Of a DNA stretch of 64,000 nucleotides, positions 29,787-39,884 are shown in pieces. Position numbers and translations under genes: made by a program. The notes beneath the pieces were generated by a model, which worked only from the letters and a program-made list of their open reading frames with translations, had not been told where the DNA came from and made no database searches. This DNA is from an uncultured Acidobacteriota bacterium (GTDB lineage: Bacteria; Acidobacteriota; UBA6911), in the NCBI GenBank assembly GCA_963809485.1, contig CAWEJX010000017.1, forward strand, positions 106,395 through 170,394, read 5' to 3'. The number at the start of each line of letters is the position of its first letter. The first letter of the stretch is position 1.

Positions 29787-30455
29787 TCAGACCCGATGCT
29801 CCTTGCGCACCACTTTGCGCGCTCCGGAATACCAGGCCGTACTCCAATCCTTGGGTGGGATGATATCTTCGAGACGGTCAAGCTGGCCGATATTCTTCAG
29901 CCTGATATAAATGAGCTGCCAGGCGCATGGCCGTTCGGGATCCACTTCACACTGGCTCTCCAGCGAACCGCCGCAGGGCCCGTTCAGCAGTCGCTTGGCG
30001 CAGCGCGTCACCGGGCAAATCCCGCCGAATTGCGCCAGCATGCATTCACCGCAACCCAGGCACTTCTCCGTCCAGACCGCCTGCTCTTCCAGCACCCCCA
30101 GGAATTGAGTATTGAGGCCGGCATAAACCGGCTTATTCGGAAACCTCTCGGCAATCGCCTGCACTCCCGCACCACAGCCAAAAGAGACAATCGCTTCAAC
30201 CCCGGACGCCGGTTCCGCCAGATCCTTGAGAAATTCATTGTCGCACTGGCGCTCTATGGTGACCTGGGTGATTTCGAGCGTGTTACGTTCCAGCTTGCGA
30301 GCCATGCGAATGGCGTAAGAGGCAATGCCGACTTCCCGTTCGCCGCCCGCAAGGCAGACCGTCACACAGGTCCCGCAGCCTGCAAACAGGACTTTTTTAT
30401 GTCCGGATATAAGGTTCTTTACTTCGGTAATCGACTTGGGTGAAGCGACAATCAT
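29787..30455 (-). CDS. metV: MetV (MTHFR-associated Zn/Fe-S subunit)
   Basis: GCGTCVTVC, RQC, GCGAG, CLGCGEC, CPVTRCAK.LLNGPCGG, CEV, CAW. ATGA overlap with the upstream mvhD. Confidence 0.9.
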   Translation of the reverse strand: MIVASPKSITEVKNLISGHKKVLFAGCGTCVTVCLAGGEREVGIASYAIRMARKLERNTLEITQVTIERQCDNEFLKDLAEPASGVEAIVSFGCGAGVQAIAERFPNKPVYAGLNTQFLGVLEEQAVWTEKCLGCGECMLAQFGGICPVTRCAKRLLNGPCGGSLESQCEVDPERPCAWQLIYIRLKNIGQLDRLEDIIPPKDWSTAWYSGARKVVRKEHRV

Positions 30456-30952
30456 ACCTTCCCTGCACTTTCCGTCTGTTCCAGCGCCCGGATGGGGCTG
30501 GGACCCAGAGCCTTAACGGTTTCCACTATTCCCCTCACATGCTGCACAAATGCCGGCGCCATGGCGTCGGAGAGATTCACCATCTGAAGCCGGCTGCCCC
30601 CAATGCCGATCTCATCAAGAATGGACCGGATCCGGTCGATACGCTTGCGGGCCCGAAGATTTCCTTCCACATAATGGCAGCCTCCCTCCAGGCACCCGAC
30701 CACGAGTACTCCGTCCACACCCTTTTCAAATGCATCCAGGATATGCTCCATCTCGAGTTTCCCCGTGCATGGCGTGTGGATGATACGGACTCCGGCAGGA
30801 TATTGCATGCGCCGGGATCCCGCCAGATCCGCCGCAGCGAAGGCACAATAATTGCAGCAGAATGCGATGATTCGCGGAGCGCCGCAACGCCAGGCAGACG
30901 GGGCTGCCCGATCCTGCATTTTCGCCGACTGTCCAGTGTTCGCTGCAATCAT
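30452..30952 (-). CDS. mvhD: MvhD/FlpD [2Fe-2S] protein
   Basis: FCCNYCAFAAADLAG, PCTGK, GVDGV, GC..GGCHY..GN, GPSP. Confidence 0.9.
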   Translation of the reverse strand: MIAANTGQSAKMQDRAAPSAWRCGAPRIIAFCCNYCAFAAADLAGSRRMQYPAGVRIIHTPCTGKLEMEHILDAFEKGVDGVLVVGCLEGGCHYVEGNLRARKRIDRIRSILDEIGIGGSRLQMVNLSDAMAPAFVQHVRGIVETVKALGPSPIRALEQTESAGKV

Positions 30953-30954
30953 GC

Positions 30955-33900
30955 CTACCCTCCGCCAACCAGCATTTCTTCAAGCATCGCGATCATAGCG
31001 CCGGCCTCCTGGTGCCTCAGGGTAATGGATTTGGCCGGACAGGAAGCGGCGCAACTCCCGCATCCCATGCACTTGCCGCCCTGAATCTCCGATTTCCCAA
31101 GCCTGTTTATCATTGGAGCGCCGTAAGGGCACACCTTTAGGCAGGTGGTGCAGGCGACGCATTGAGCCGGATTCACAAAGGCGACCTGGCCGGCAATTTC
31201 GAGCTGAGCTTTTGAAAGAATCCTGGCCGCGCGTCCTGCGGCTGCCAGAGCCTGCGCGATTGTCTCATCGATGAACTGCGGCGAGTGAGCCATGCCGCAC
31301 AGGAATTCCCCCTCGTTGACAAGATCGACGGGGCGAAGCCTGGAATGAGCTTCCATGAAAAAGCCGTCAGCCGTTAACCCGCTGCGCAGCAGGCCCGCAA
31401 TCGCCGCGTTATCCAAAGCCGGAGAGATTCCGGTCGAAAGCAAAAGGAGGTCAGGATGAAAAACCTCGTCATCGAGGCCGTCGGCGTCCCGGACACTCAC
31501 GACAAGACGGCCGTCCTCTTCCTCTATCTTCGGATCCTTGCCGTCCATGGAACGAACGAAGCGAATTCCCTCTTCCAGCGCCTGCCGGAAATACGCTTCG
31601 CGGAATCCCTGGGTGCGCATATCCCGGCCGAGGATATGGATCCTGGCTTGCGGCAAACGGCGCCTGATTGCGAGGGCATTCTTAATCGCTTCCGCGCAAC
31701 AGACACGGCTGCAATACGGATTTTCTTCATTACGGCTTTCCACGCACTGGATCATGACGACCGTCGGATCCGGTTTGCCGATCAGCTCAGCAGGCAGGTT
31801 TCCCTCCGCCAGAGAGGCCTCAAACTCGGTCTGCGTGCGCACACGGGGGTTTCGGCCGTTCAAATATCGCTGGGTGGGTCGTTCCATCGCCCCGGTCGCA
31901 ACCAGGACCGCTCCGTGGCTCACGGGCTGCTCCCGGCCGGCCATATTCAGAACGCTTTTGAAATTTCCCACCTGCCCCGAGATTCCGGTCAGAGTCGTGT
32001 TCAGATAAACAGTGATCTCCGGATGGGATAGGACTTTTGATATCAGCCGATGCAGGTGCCCCTGGACGTCATCGCCTTCCAGCGTAGAGCACCTGTTGCG
32101 CAATTGCCCGCCCAGAGCCGCCGTTTTTTCCGCCAGGTGTACTTTATATCCCTGACCGGCAATGTTCAGCGCAGCGGTCATTCCCGCAAGGCCTCCTCCC
32201 AGAATCAGTGCCGAGGCGGTTACGGGGATTTCGCCATTTCTCAGCGCCTTCAAATGCCTCGCCCGAGCGACAGCCATCGACACCAGATCCACCGCTTTGG
32301 CGGTCGCCGCGGCGGGGTCGTCCTGGTGGACCCAGGAGCATTGGTCGCGGATGTTCGTCATGGCAAGGAGATAGGGATTGAGGCCGTTTTCAAGCAGCGT
32401 TTCCTGGAAGAGGATCTCATGCGTGCGCGACCAGCACGAAGCCACAACCAGGCGGTTCAGCCCGTGTTGTTTGATCACTTCCCTTATGTGCCGCTGACTG
32501 TCGTCCGAGCATGCATAGAGGCCGGCCTCGGCGTGCTTCACACCCGGCAGGGCAGCGGCCCTGGCCGCCACGCGATCCACATCGACAATGGAATCGATGT
32601 TGTGCCCGCAGCGGCAGACGAAAACGCCTATGCGGGGCGGCTCGTCCGTGACATCCCGCTCCCAGGGATACTCATGGCGCCGAGTCATGGTTCCGCGGAC
32701 GGTTGTGAGCAGGTCCATGGCGCAAGCGGCCGCCGCAGACGCCTGGGTCACGGATCCGGAAATTTCCTTGGGTTCCTGAAACGCGCCGGCCGTGTAAACT
32801 CCGGGTTGATTGGTTGTGACCGGCGACAGCCTCTCCGTCCGTGCAAAGCCGGACTCGTTGAGATCGATCCCCAGCCGGCGAGCCATTTCTTTCACTTTGG
32901 CCGGGACCTGCAGCCCTGAGCTGAGCACTACCAGATCGAATTCCTGCCGTTGCTCGGCGCCATCCGGGTCCTGGAAAACGACCTGCAGACCTTTGCCGTC
33001 GGGCGATTCCTCAACCCGGGAAGGGACGGCATGGATATAGCGAATGCCGCACTCGACGCGAGCCCGGTGGAGATAGCTGTCGAACTCTTTGCCGGAGACC
33101 CGCGTGTCCATGCAAAAGATCGCCGCCTCTATCCCCTGGTTTTGCTCCAGTGCGCCCATGGCTTCTTTGGATGCGCTCATGCAGCAGATCGATGAACAAT
33201 AGGATTTGCCGCGCCTCGGATTCCGGCTTCCTACGCACTGTATGAAGGCGATGGATTTCACCACTCTGCCGTCCGACGGACGTTTGATTTGCCCGCCGGT
33301 CGGCCCGCCGGCCGAAAGCAGGCGCTCGAACTGCAGATTGGTCACCACGTCCGGATAGCGGCCGTGACCGAACTCCGCCCAGAGAGAGGCCGGAAACTCC
33401 TCGATGCCCGGAGCGGCGATAATGCTGCCGACCTCGATGTCGATTTCCGTCTGCTGTTGATCGTGGCACACCGCTTGGGCTGAGCATGCCTGGACGCACT
33501 GCATGCATTCGCTGCAGCGGGCGCACGAAAGGCACCGTTTGGCTTCAGAGACTGCTTCGTCCGGGCTGTACCCCAGGTTGATTTCATCCCAATCCTCCAG
33601 CCTGGCGTCCGCACTTCGTTGCGGCATCCTGACGCGCTCTCTCCTGGGACCATCGGGTCCGGGATCGGGGACAGGCTTTGCCTTGGGAGCATTCACCGCG
33701 GCAGCTGAGCTCTGAAGTTTCAAAGTGCGGGGGACATGAGCAGTCTTTAGAATATACGATTCGATCGATGCGGCGGCTTTGTGGCCTTGAGCAATCGCTT
33801 CCGCAACAGACGCGGAACCCAGCACAACGCCGCCTCCGGCAAAAATGCCTTCGATGTTTGTGGCAAGAGTGTCCTCATCCGCGCGGATTCGCCCCCCGGG

Positions 33901-35464
33901 ACGCAGTTCAAATCCGAACCGGGCGGCATCGACTCCCAGGCCCGCGGCCACAATCACCGTATCCGCAGGTAGAGAAGTGATTTTGGCATCATCGAATATG
34001 GGGTCGAAGCGCCTGTACTCCTTGTCGAAAACGCTGGTGCAGGCACGAAAAATCACGCCCGTAACCTTGCCTTCGGAGTGCTCGAACCTGGTAGGGCCAA
34101 GGCCGTTATGGAAGACTACGCCTTCATCCAGAGCATCGGATACTTCCCGGGAATGGGCCTGCATTTCGGCGCGGCTTTCGAGACAGGCCAGGTGCACCGA
34201 GCGGACGCCGGGTAGCCGAAGGGCGCAACGCGCCGCGTCGATCGCCATCTCCGAACTGCCGATCACCAGCACCCGGGCGCCAAGGACCGGCTTTTTCCCG
34301 TCGTTGACATCGCTAAGGAAGCTCAGTCCTTCCCGGACCCCCAAAGCATCCTCTCCCGGAACGCCGAGCTTCCGGTTCAACCAGGCTCCGGTGGCAACAA
34401 ACACAGCATCGAATGCTTCAGCCGCACCGGATTCATGCCCCGATTGCAGTTCGGGTTTAAGCAGATCCTTCGGCCTGGCGATATGGGTACCGGCGCGGAC
34501 TTCCACTCCCAAATCGAGTATTTGTTTGATTTCGAAATCCAGAACAGGCCTGGGCAGCCTGTAGGCCGGGATGCCGTAACGGAGCATCCCGCCGAGCTGC
34601 AGTCTGAGCATCGAATAAAGTCACTCCGAAGCCTTTCATGGCAAGATCGGCGGCGGCCGTCAGGCCGGCCGCGCCGCTCCCCATCACGGCAATCCGGGCG
34701 TGATGCCGGAGAGGCGGTGCCGTCCATGCAGCATAATCCGCAGGATTCGAATAAACATGGTCGGCGACAAACCTTTCGAGATCACGGATCGAAAGAGCCT
34801 CGTCGATTCCATTCCGGTTGCACCCATCCTGACAGGGATGCGGACACAGCCGTCCGCACACAGCCGGAAGGGGGCAGCGCTGGCGAATAAGCTCATAGGA
34901 ATCCCCGAACCGGCCCGCAGCAGCGAGAGCCAGGGCGCCCGGGACATTCACGCCCGCAGGGCAGGAACTCCTGCAGGGCGCAGGCAGGGCGGACTTCGTT
35001 ATACTGAAGGCACTGGGGATAGACTGCGGGTAAGGACGGCAAACCGCCTTGCGCGTGCTCAGTCCGCAATCATGTTCATTGGGAAGATGGACCGGGCAGA
35101 CCTTCTCGCAGTCGCCGCAGGCGTCGCATTTCTTAATATCGATATAGCGCGGATTCTGACGGATCTTGACCCGGAAATTTCCAGGCCCGCCGGAGACGCT
35201 TTGTACGTCGCCAAGCGTGATGATTTCGATGTTTTTATTCCGGGCGCATTCCACCAGCTTGGGGGAAAGAATGCACATGGCGCAATCGCCGGCCGGGAAA
35301 ATCCTGTCAAGCTGGGCCATTTTCCCGCCGATGGCAGGGGAGGAATCCAGCAGATAGACTTTGAAACCTCCGTCCGCCAGGTCCAGCGATGCCTGAATGC
35401 CGCTGATTCCCGCACCGCAAACCAGCACCGCTCCGGTTTTTTCAATTTCCTGATTCCATGCCAT
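30955..35464 (-). CDS. hdrA: HdrA/HdrL-like large flavo-Fe-S protein, split by an apparent frameshift near 34610
   Basis: N-part GAGISGIQASLDLA, AQLDRIFP..DCAMCILSPKL, ferredoxin, GltD-like CxxxCP/CGRLC. C-part GGMLRYGIP, FIQCVGSR, YCSSICC, GVFVCRCG, NIRDQCSWVH, C-terminal 2x[4Fe-4S]. Confidence 0.85.
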
Positions 35465-35513
35465 GAAGCCGCCTGATGATTCAAAATAAGAAATTGCTTA
35501 TAACGCGCACCGG

Positions 35514-38117
35514 TCAGTTCCTGGATCCGGCCAGCACCGAAAGCTTGACCGCGCCGACCTTGCGGTAGACTTCGTGCGGAGCCCGAACCTGTCCATCCAC
35601 CATCAATAAATCTTCCAGCCGGATGCCGAAAAGGCGTTCGTTTTCCACCAGGTAAGGACGGATCAGCTGCCAATCCTTGTCGGAAAGCCCGGAAAGGACG
35701 CCGCCGTTCAGCTGTCGTTCGACCACCTGTTGATGAGGATCGCGGATGTAGATGGCTCCGCCGCTGGCAAGAGAAAATAGATTGCTGCCCGGATAGGGCA
35801 CCGCGAGAGGAATGACCCTGCCGTTTCTGTCGAACCCGATGCCGTTTAGGATGATGAATCCGCCGCCGTTCAGAGGATCTCCGGCCATGAAGGATTCCGC
35901 CAGAAAATCCAGACAGGTGCCGTTAATGACAACCCGCGGGCGGCCGACGGCATTGATCAACGGACGGCCCGCCGCGTTGCCGAGGACAAAAACGTCGCCG
36001 CCCTTGGCGCCGTACATGAACGTCTGGCCGACATCGCCATACACGACCAGCTTGCCGCTGCGGGCGATCTGGGCGACCTGGTCCTGCGCGTTGCCATGGA
36101 TGTGGATATGCAAGCCGTCCATGCCGCTTGCCGCATAATCGCCAACAGAGCCATAAAGGTCGATGCGCACGCCGTTTGTGTCCGGGCCCAGGCCTGCGCC
36201 GTGAAAGCGCTGCCCGCGCAGGCGGTAAACAACAAAGCGTGTCCAGCCCGCCTGGTAGGCAGTGCGAAGCAGAACGGCATCGCAATTGTCTCCCTCGGGG
36301 GGGAAATCCTCCGCATCAATGATCAGAAGCTCTTCGCCTGCACGAGGCGACGACAGTTGGTTCCGGGTACCCCAGTTCACACGGCGCCAGAAGCGGCTGG
36401 CCGGTTCGCCGAACAGCGGCGCCCGGTCCAGAAGATCTTCGATCCTGTCATCGACAACGCGTATCACCGTCGCCCGGCGCTTGTCGCCGGTGTCGAAATG
36501 CCGGTCGCGAAGCATCGTCAGCAACTCAAGGGCGGTAGCGCGGGATTGGGCATTGTCGGCGCCCTCGACCACCAGGCGGCAGAACTGCTCGAGGTCGCCG
36601 GCGGACCAGGAAGGCAGGCTGAGCGCAAAGCGGAAAAGGTTCTCCCTATCCCCTTTCTGCAGCCATTGGTTCACCAGCTCTCTCAATGCATCCGGCGCTT
36701 TGCCCGGATGGGCGGCCGGTGTCATGTCACACCGGATCGTTCCTGCATCCAGGATGACAGGGCGGCCGAACTTGTCGGCGCAGGAAAGCTTCTTGCGGCC
36801 ATTTTGTTCTGTATCCACGGAAAAGATGAAGGCGCCGCCATCCGTGCTCGATCCTCCGCGGGCATTCCAGTATTTATCTGCGATGGGGCAGAAGCGCGGG
36901 TCTTCACGGGCCAGGCTTCGCAGCGTGGCGTCGATGGCCTGTTTTTCGGAACAGATTAAACCGATCTGCACGTCCCCGCTTTCGGAAAGCGCAAATACCT
37001 GGGGACGGAGCATGGCCGTATCTGTGATGCCCATCAATTGAACTCTCTTCAGATCCGGCTGGCTGCGGGCGATGATGAAAAACCAGGGCCCGTCCGGAGA
37101 TGCGTGCATATGAGTCGCCTGGATTTGCCGGTAGACCGACTGCTTCTCCGGCGGCAACTGGTCGAAGTCCAGTTCGGTCGTCGGAGCCAGCGCTTCGATG
37201 ATGTACTCCAGGGGATACTTGTAGACCCTGTCCCACAGGTCGAACAGCTGAACCGATACTTCGGTATCGGTGAGGAACTGCTGGCGGATGTTGCGCTGGC
37301 GCAGATATTCGCAAACCGAATGATAATTGGCGAAATCGCCATTGTGCACCAGGGCTTCGTTCAATCCCGCGAAAGGGTGCGCACCGCCCGGATGCCATAC
37401 GCGTCCCTTGGTGGGATAGCGCTGATGAGCAATCCAGGCATGGGCTTTGAAATCCTGAAGCTGGTAATACTCGACGTTTTGTTCGGCATAGCCGACCATT
37501 TTGTAAATCAACAAATCCCTGCCGTGAGAAAGCACAAAAGCCCGCTTTTCCCCCAGGGACGCATAATACCGGTCATTCAGCCGGTAGGAATTCCGCCAGA
37601 CAAACTCGTCCTCCAGGTCCCGGGGCGATAAGAGTTCGAGGCCCGTCTCGGCGGCAAAGGCATTCAATACACCGGGCTTGACTCGGACGACATAGCGGTG
37701 GACGTCCGGCGGGCGGACTTCCAGTCCTGGGATATCCCGATAATCGTCAATGTGGCTTTGCCTCTTGGATAGGGCCACCTCGAAGTGAGGGAGGACAAAC
37801 TCGCGTTCGAGTTCCGCGTGGCATTCAGGGTCCAGCAGAGCGATCTGAAGCAGGTAGTGATGATCCAGCACGTCGCGGGAGACGCCCATCTGCTCGGGGG
37901 TCAGGCCGACAGCGGCAATGCCGCCGCCCTTGCCATTGCCGCGGTTCTGCATTTGGATCGACGGTTCATAAATGAACCGTCCTGCCAGCGGCACGGTGCA
38001 GGCGAATCCCGTTACGCCGCAGCCTCCTTCTTCGGCAGTATCGGCGGAAAATGCAGATTCCTTGCCGGAGTATATCTGCGACCGGGTTGCCAGCAATTGT
38101 TCGATAATATCTTTCAC
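35514..38117 (-). CDS. Glutamate synthase-like subunit: class II glutamine amidotransferase fused to a GXGXG domain (GltB domains 1+3)
   Basis: EGGCGV Ntn Cys after a ~32-aa propeptide; RGNGKGGG, HQRYPT, HPF, HNG, TDTEV; C-terminal GQRF.G.G, GDY..SG, GDVGQTFMYGAKGG, AESFMAG, SGGAIY. Confidence 0.85.
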   Translation of the reverse strand: MKDIIEQLLATRSQIYSGKESAFSADTAEEGGCGVTGFACTVPLAGRFIYEPSIQMQNRGNGKGGGIAAVGLTPEQMGVSRDVLDHHYLLQIALLDPECHAELEREFVLPHFEVALSKRQSHIDDYRDIPGLEVRPPDVHRYVVRVKPGVLNAFAAETGLELLSPRDLEDEFVWRNSYRLNDRYYASLGEKRAFVLSHGRDLLIYKMVGYAEQNVEYYQLQDFKAHAWIAHQRYPTKGRVWHPGGAHPFAGLNEALVHNGDFANYHSVCEYLRQRNIRQQFLTDTEVSVQLFDLWDRVYKYPLEYIIEALAPTTELDFDQLPPEKQSVYRQIQATHMHASPDGPWFFIIARSQPDLKRVQLMGITDTAMLRPQVFALSESGDVQIGLICSEKQAIDATLRSLAREDPRFCPIADKYWNARGGSSTDGGAFIFSVDTEQNGRKKLSCADKFGRPVILDAGTIRCDMTPAAHPGKAPDALRELVNQWLQKGDRENLFRFALSLPSWSAGDLEQFCRLVVEGADNAQSRATALELLTMLRDRHFDTGDKRRATVIRVVDDRIEDLLDRAPLFGEPASRFWRRVNWGTRNQLSSPRAGEELLIIDAEDFPPEGDNCDAVLLRTAYQAGWTRFVVYRLRGQRFHGAGLGPDTNGVRIDLYGSVGDYAASGMDGLHIHIHGNAQDQVAQIARSGKLVVYGDVGQTFMYGAKGGDVFVLGNAAGRPLINAVGRPRVVINGTCLDFLAESFMAGDPLNGGGFIILNGIGFDRNGRVIPLAVPYPGSNLFSLASGGAIYIRDPHQQVVERQLNGGVLSGLSDKDWQLIRPYLVENERLFGIRLEDLLMVDGQVRAPHEVYRKVGAVKLSVLAGSRN

Positions 38118-38123
38118 TCGTAT

Positions 38124-39740
38124 TTATCCTTCTTTGGCTTCCGGCCCGTCCTCGAGGTAGCAGAGTACATCGCTGCGGCCGCGAAGACTGCGAATCGACG
38201 GCATGCCCAGTTTCCTCAAAACAGCAACCATTTGCTCATGCCAGGCATTCTGGAGGTTGATAAGTCTCTGCGCGGCCCACTCCGGGCTCATCAATGTCAC
38301 AAGTTCGGGATCCGTGGAGGCAATTCCGCGCGGGCAACCCCGGCCGCTTTCACAGGAGGCGCATCGCACACAGCCCAGTGCCACCATTTCAGCCGTGCCT
38401 ATGACCACGCCGTCCGCCCCCAGGGCGATGGCTTTGAGCGCGTCATAGGCTGTCCGGATGCCGCCGGATGCAATCAGCGTAATCTTCTCCCGGATGCCTT
38501 CGGCGGAGAGGAATTTGTGCACTTTGGGAATGGCATATTCGATCGGCATCGCGATATTTTTTTTGGCGATGTCGGGCGCCGCGCCCGTGCCGCCGTAGCT
38601 TCCATCCAGGTGAATAATGTGCGCCCCCGCGTAATAGCTGCCCACGGCCACCATATCCACATCCACAGGAGTGGAAACCTTGACGCTTACGAGGCATCGG
38701 GGATTGACTTCTTTGATCCAGTCGAGATGCTTTTTGTGGTCCTCCACGCTGTAAACGCTGTGGAAGGGGAAGGGGCTGAAAAGCGCATTTCCGGGGACCG
38801 CGCCCCGCATGCGGGCGACAGCAGGGGTGTTCTTGTCGCCCAGCAGATGACCTCCGAGGCCGGGTTTGGCGCCCTGCGCATATTTGAACTCCACGATTCT
38901 CACGCGCTGGATGGTATCCTCGCGCACGCCGAAAAGGCCTGTGGCGACCTGCGTGATCACGTGGTTGTCATAGGGCTTGAGACGGTCCGGATACCCTCCC
39001 TCGCCCGTGCAGGTAAAGCTGTTCCAGGCAGCGGCAGCGCGAGCTTTGGCCAGAATAGTATGGATGCTCACGGACCCGAAACTCATCCCTCCGCCGTATA
39101 CCGGGATGTCGATATGTACCTGCGGCCGACCATCCTCCCGACGGTTCAGATCGAGGCCGGTGTCTATCTCAACAGAAGCCGCCTCCTTCAAGCCCTTTCT
39201 TCTTTCCGCAGTTTCGGAAACGACCGGACCGCCGAATCCCGCGATCTCAAATTTAAAGCGGAGCCTGTCAAAGCCGCCCCCTGATTCGCCGCAGCGATAT
39301 TTCAGGTGAGGCAGCGGGGTATGGCCGGTTTCTGCCTCATACCATGTCGATAAAATCAGGTCGCTCGGCCATCGGTAATCGCCGAGACAACGGGTATTGG
39401 GATTGAGCCCGAGGGTCAGGGCTTTTTGCGGGCACCGGGCGACGCAATAATTTTCCGTTTCCGCACACGCCGGACCGATGCACCGATTGTCCCTGGGGCG
39501 CAGCATGAGAGCATATCCTTCCGGCTTTGTGTGCACACCATACCGGCAGACCTCGGCGCACAGGCCGCAGTCAATGCAATCGGCCGAACGGCTTATTTTG
39601 TATTTGCCCAAAGGATTGCGATAACGGTCGGGCGCCGGACATATTTCGCGCCGGACCGTCTCCTGGGACCAATCCTCGGAGCCATCGGTCTCCTGCCGGA
39701 TTTCGTCCTGAATGTTGAGATCGGCGATTGTTGTCTTCAT
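38124..39740 (-). CDS. Glutamate synthase FMN-binding subunit (GltB domain 2/GlxD-like) with N-terminal ferredoxin; catalytic motifs intact
   Basis: CIDCGLCAEVC; GGMSFGS, TGEGG, QVATGLFGV, K.AQGAKPGLGGHL, DG..GGTGAAP, ASGGIR, CVRCASC....CPRGIAS. Confidence 0.88.
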   Translation of the reverse strand: MKTTIADLNIQDEIRQETDGSEDWSQETVRREICPAPDRYRNPLGKYKISRSADCIDCGLCAEVCRYGVHTKPEGYALMLRPRDNRCIGPACAETENYCVARCPQKALTLGLNPNTRCLGDYRWPSDLILSTWYEAETGHTPLPHLKYRCGESGGGFDRLRFKFEIAGFGGPVVSETAERRKGLKEAASVEIDTGLDLNRREDGRPQVHIDIPVYGGGMSFGSVSIHTILAKARAAAAWNSFTCTGEGGYPDRLKPYDNHVITQVATGLFGVREDTIQRVRIVEFKYAQGAKPGLGGHLLGDKNTPAVARMRGAVPGNALFSPFPFHSVYSVEDHKKHLDWIKEVNPRCLVSVKVSTPVDVDMVAVGSYYAGAHIIHLDGSYGGTGAAPDIAKKNIAMPIEYAIPKVHKFLSAEGIREKITLIASGGIRTAYDALKAIALGADGVVIGTAEMVALGCVRCASCESGRGCPRGIASTDPELVTLMSPEWAAQRLINLQNAWHEQMVAVLRKLGMPSIRSLRGRSDVLCYLEDGPEAKEG

Positions 39741-39883
39741 GCAAGGACCTTGGTCGTATCAGAAAAAAGCCGGTCTGAAATATCCGAAGTGCCCGCCGGC
39801 GGTTCCGGGCAAGACGTAGCGGCAAAAACGGCTCCCTCAAAACATGCTGTGTTTCCCATGGTCGTTCCCGACGGACTATTCAT
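39737..39883 (-). CDS. Putative 48-aa small protein between the two FMN subunits
   Basis: ATG 1 nt after the upstream stop; its TGA overlaps the next ATG (ATGA). MNSPSGTTMGNTACFEGAVFAATSCPEPPAG... Confidence 0.4.
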   Translation of the reverse strand: MNSPSGTTMGNTACFEGAVFAATSCPEPPAGTSDISDRLFSDTTKVLA

Positions 39884-39884
39884 G

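Noticed and set aside
30452-35464. Selenocysteine readthrough in HdrA/MvhD
   Set aside because: The positions that are often Sec (DCAMC, GCHY) are Cys codons; the breaks are frameshifts, not in-frame TGA.
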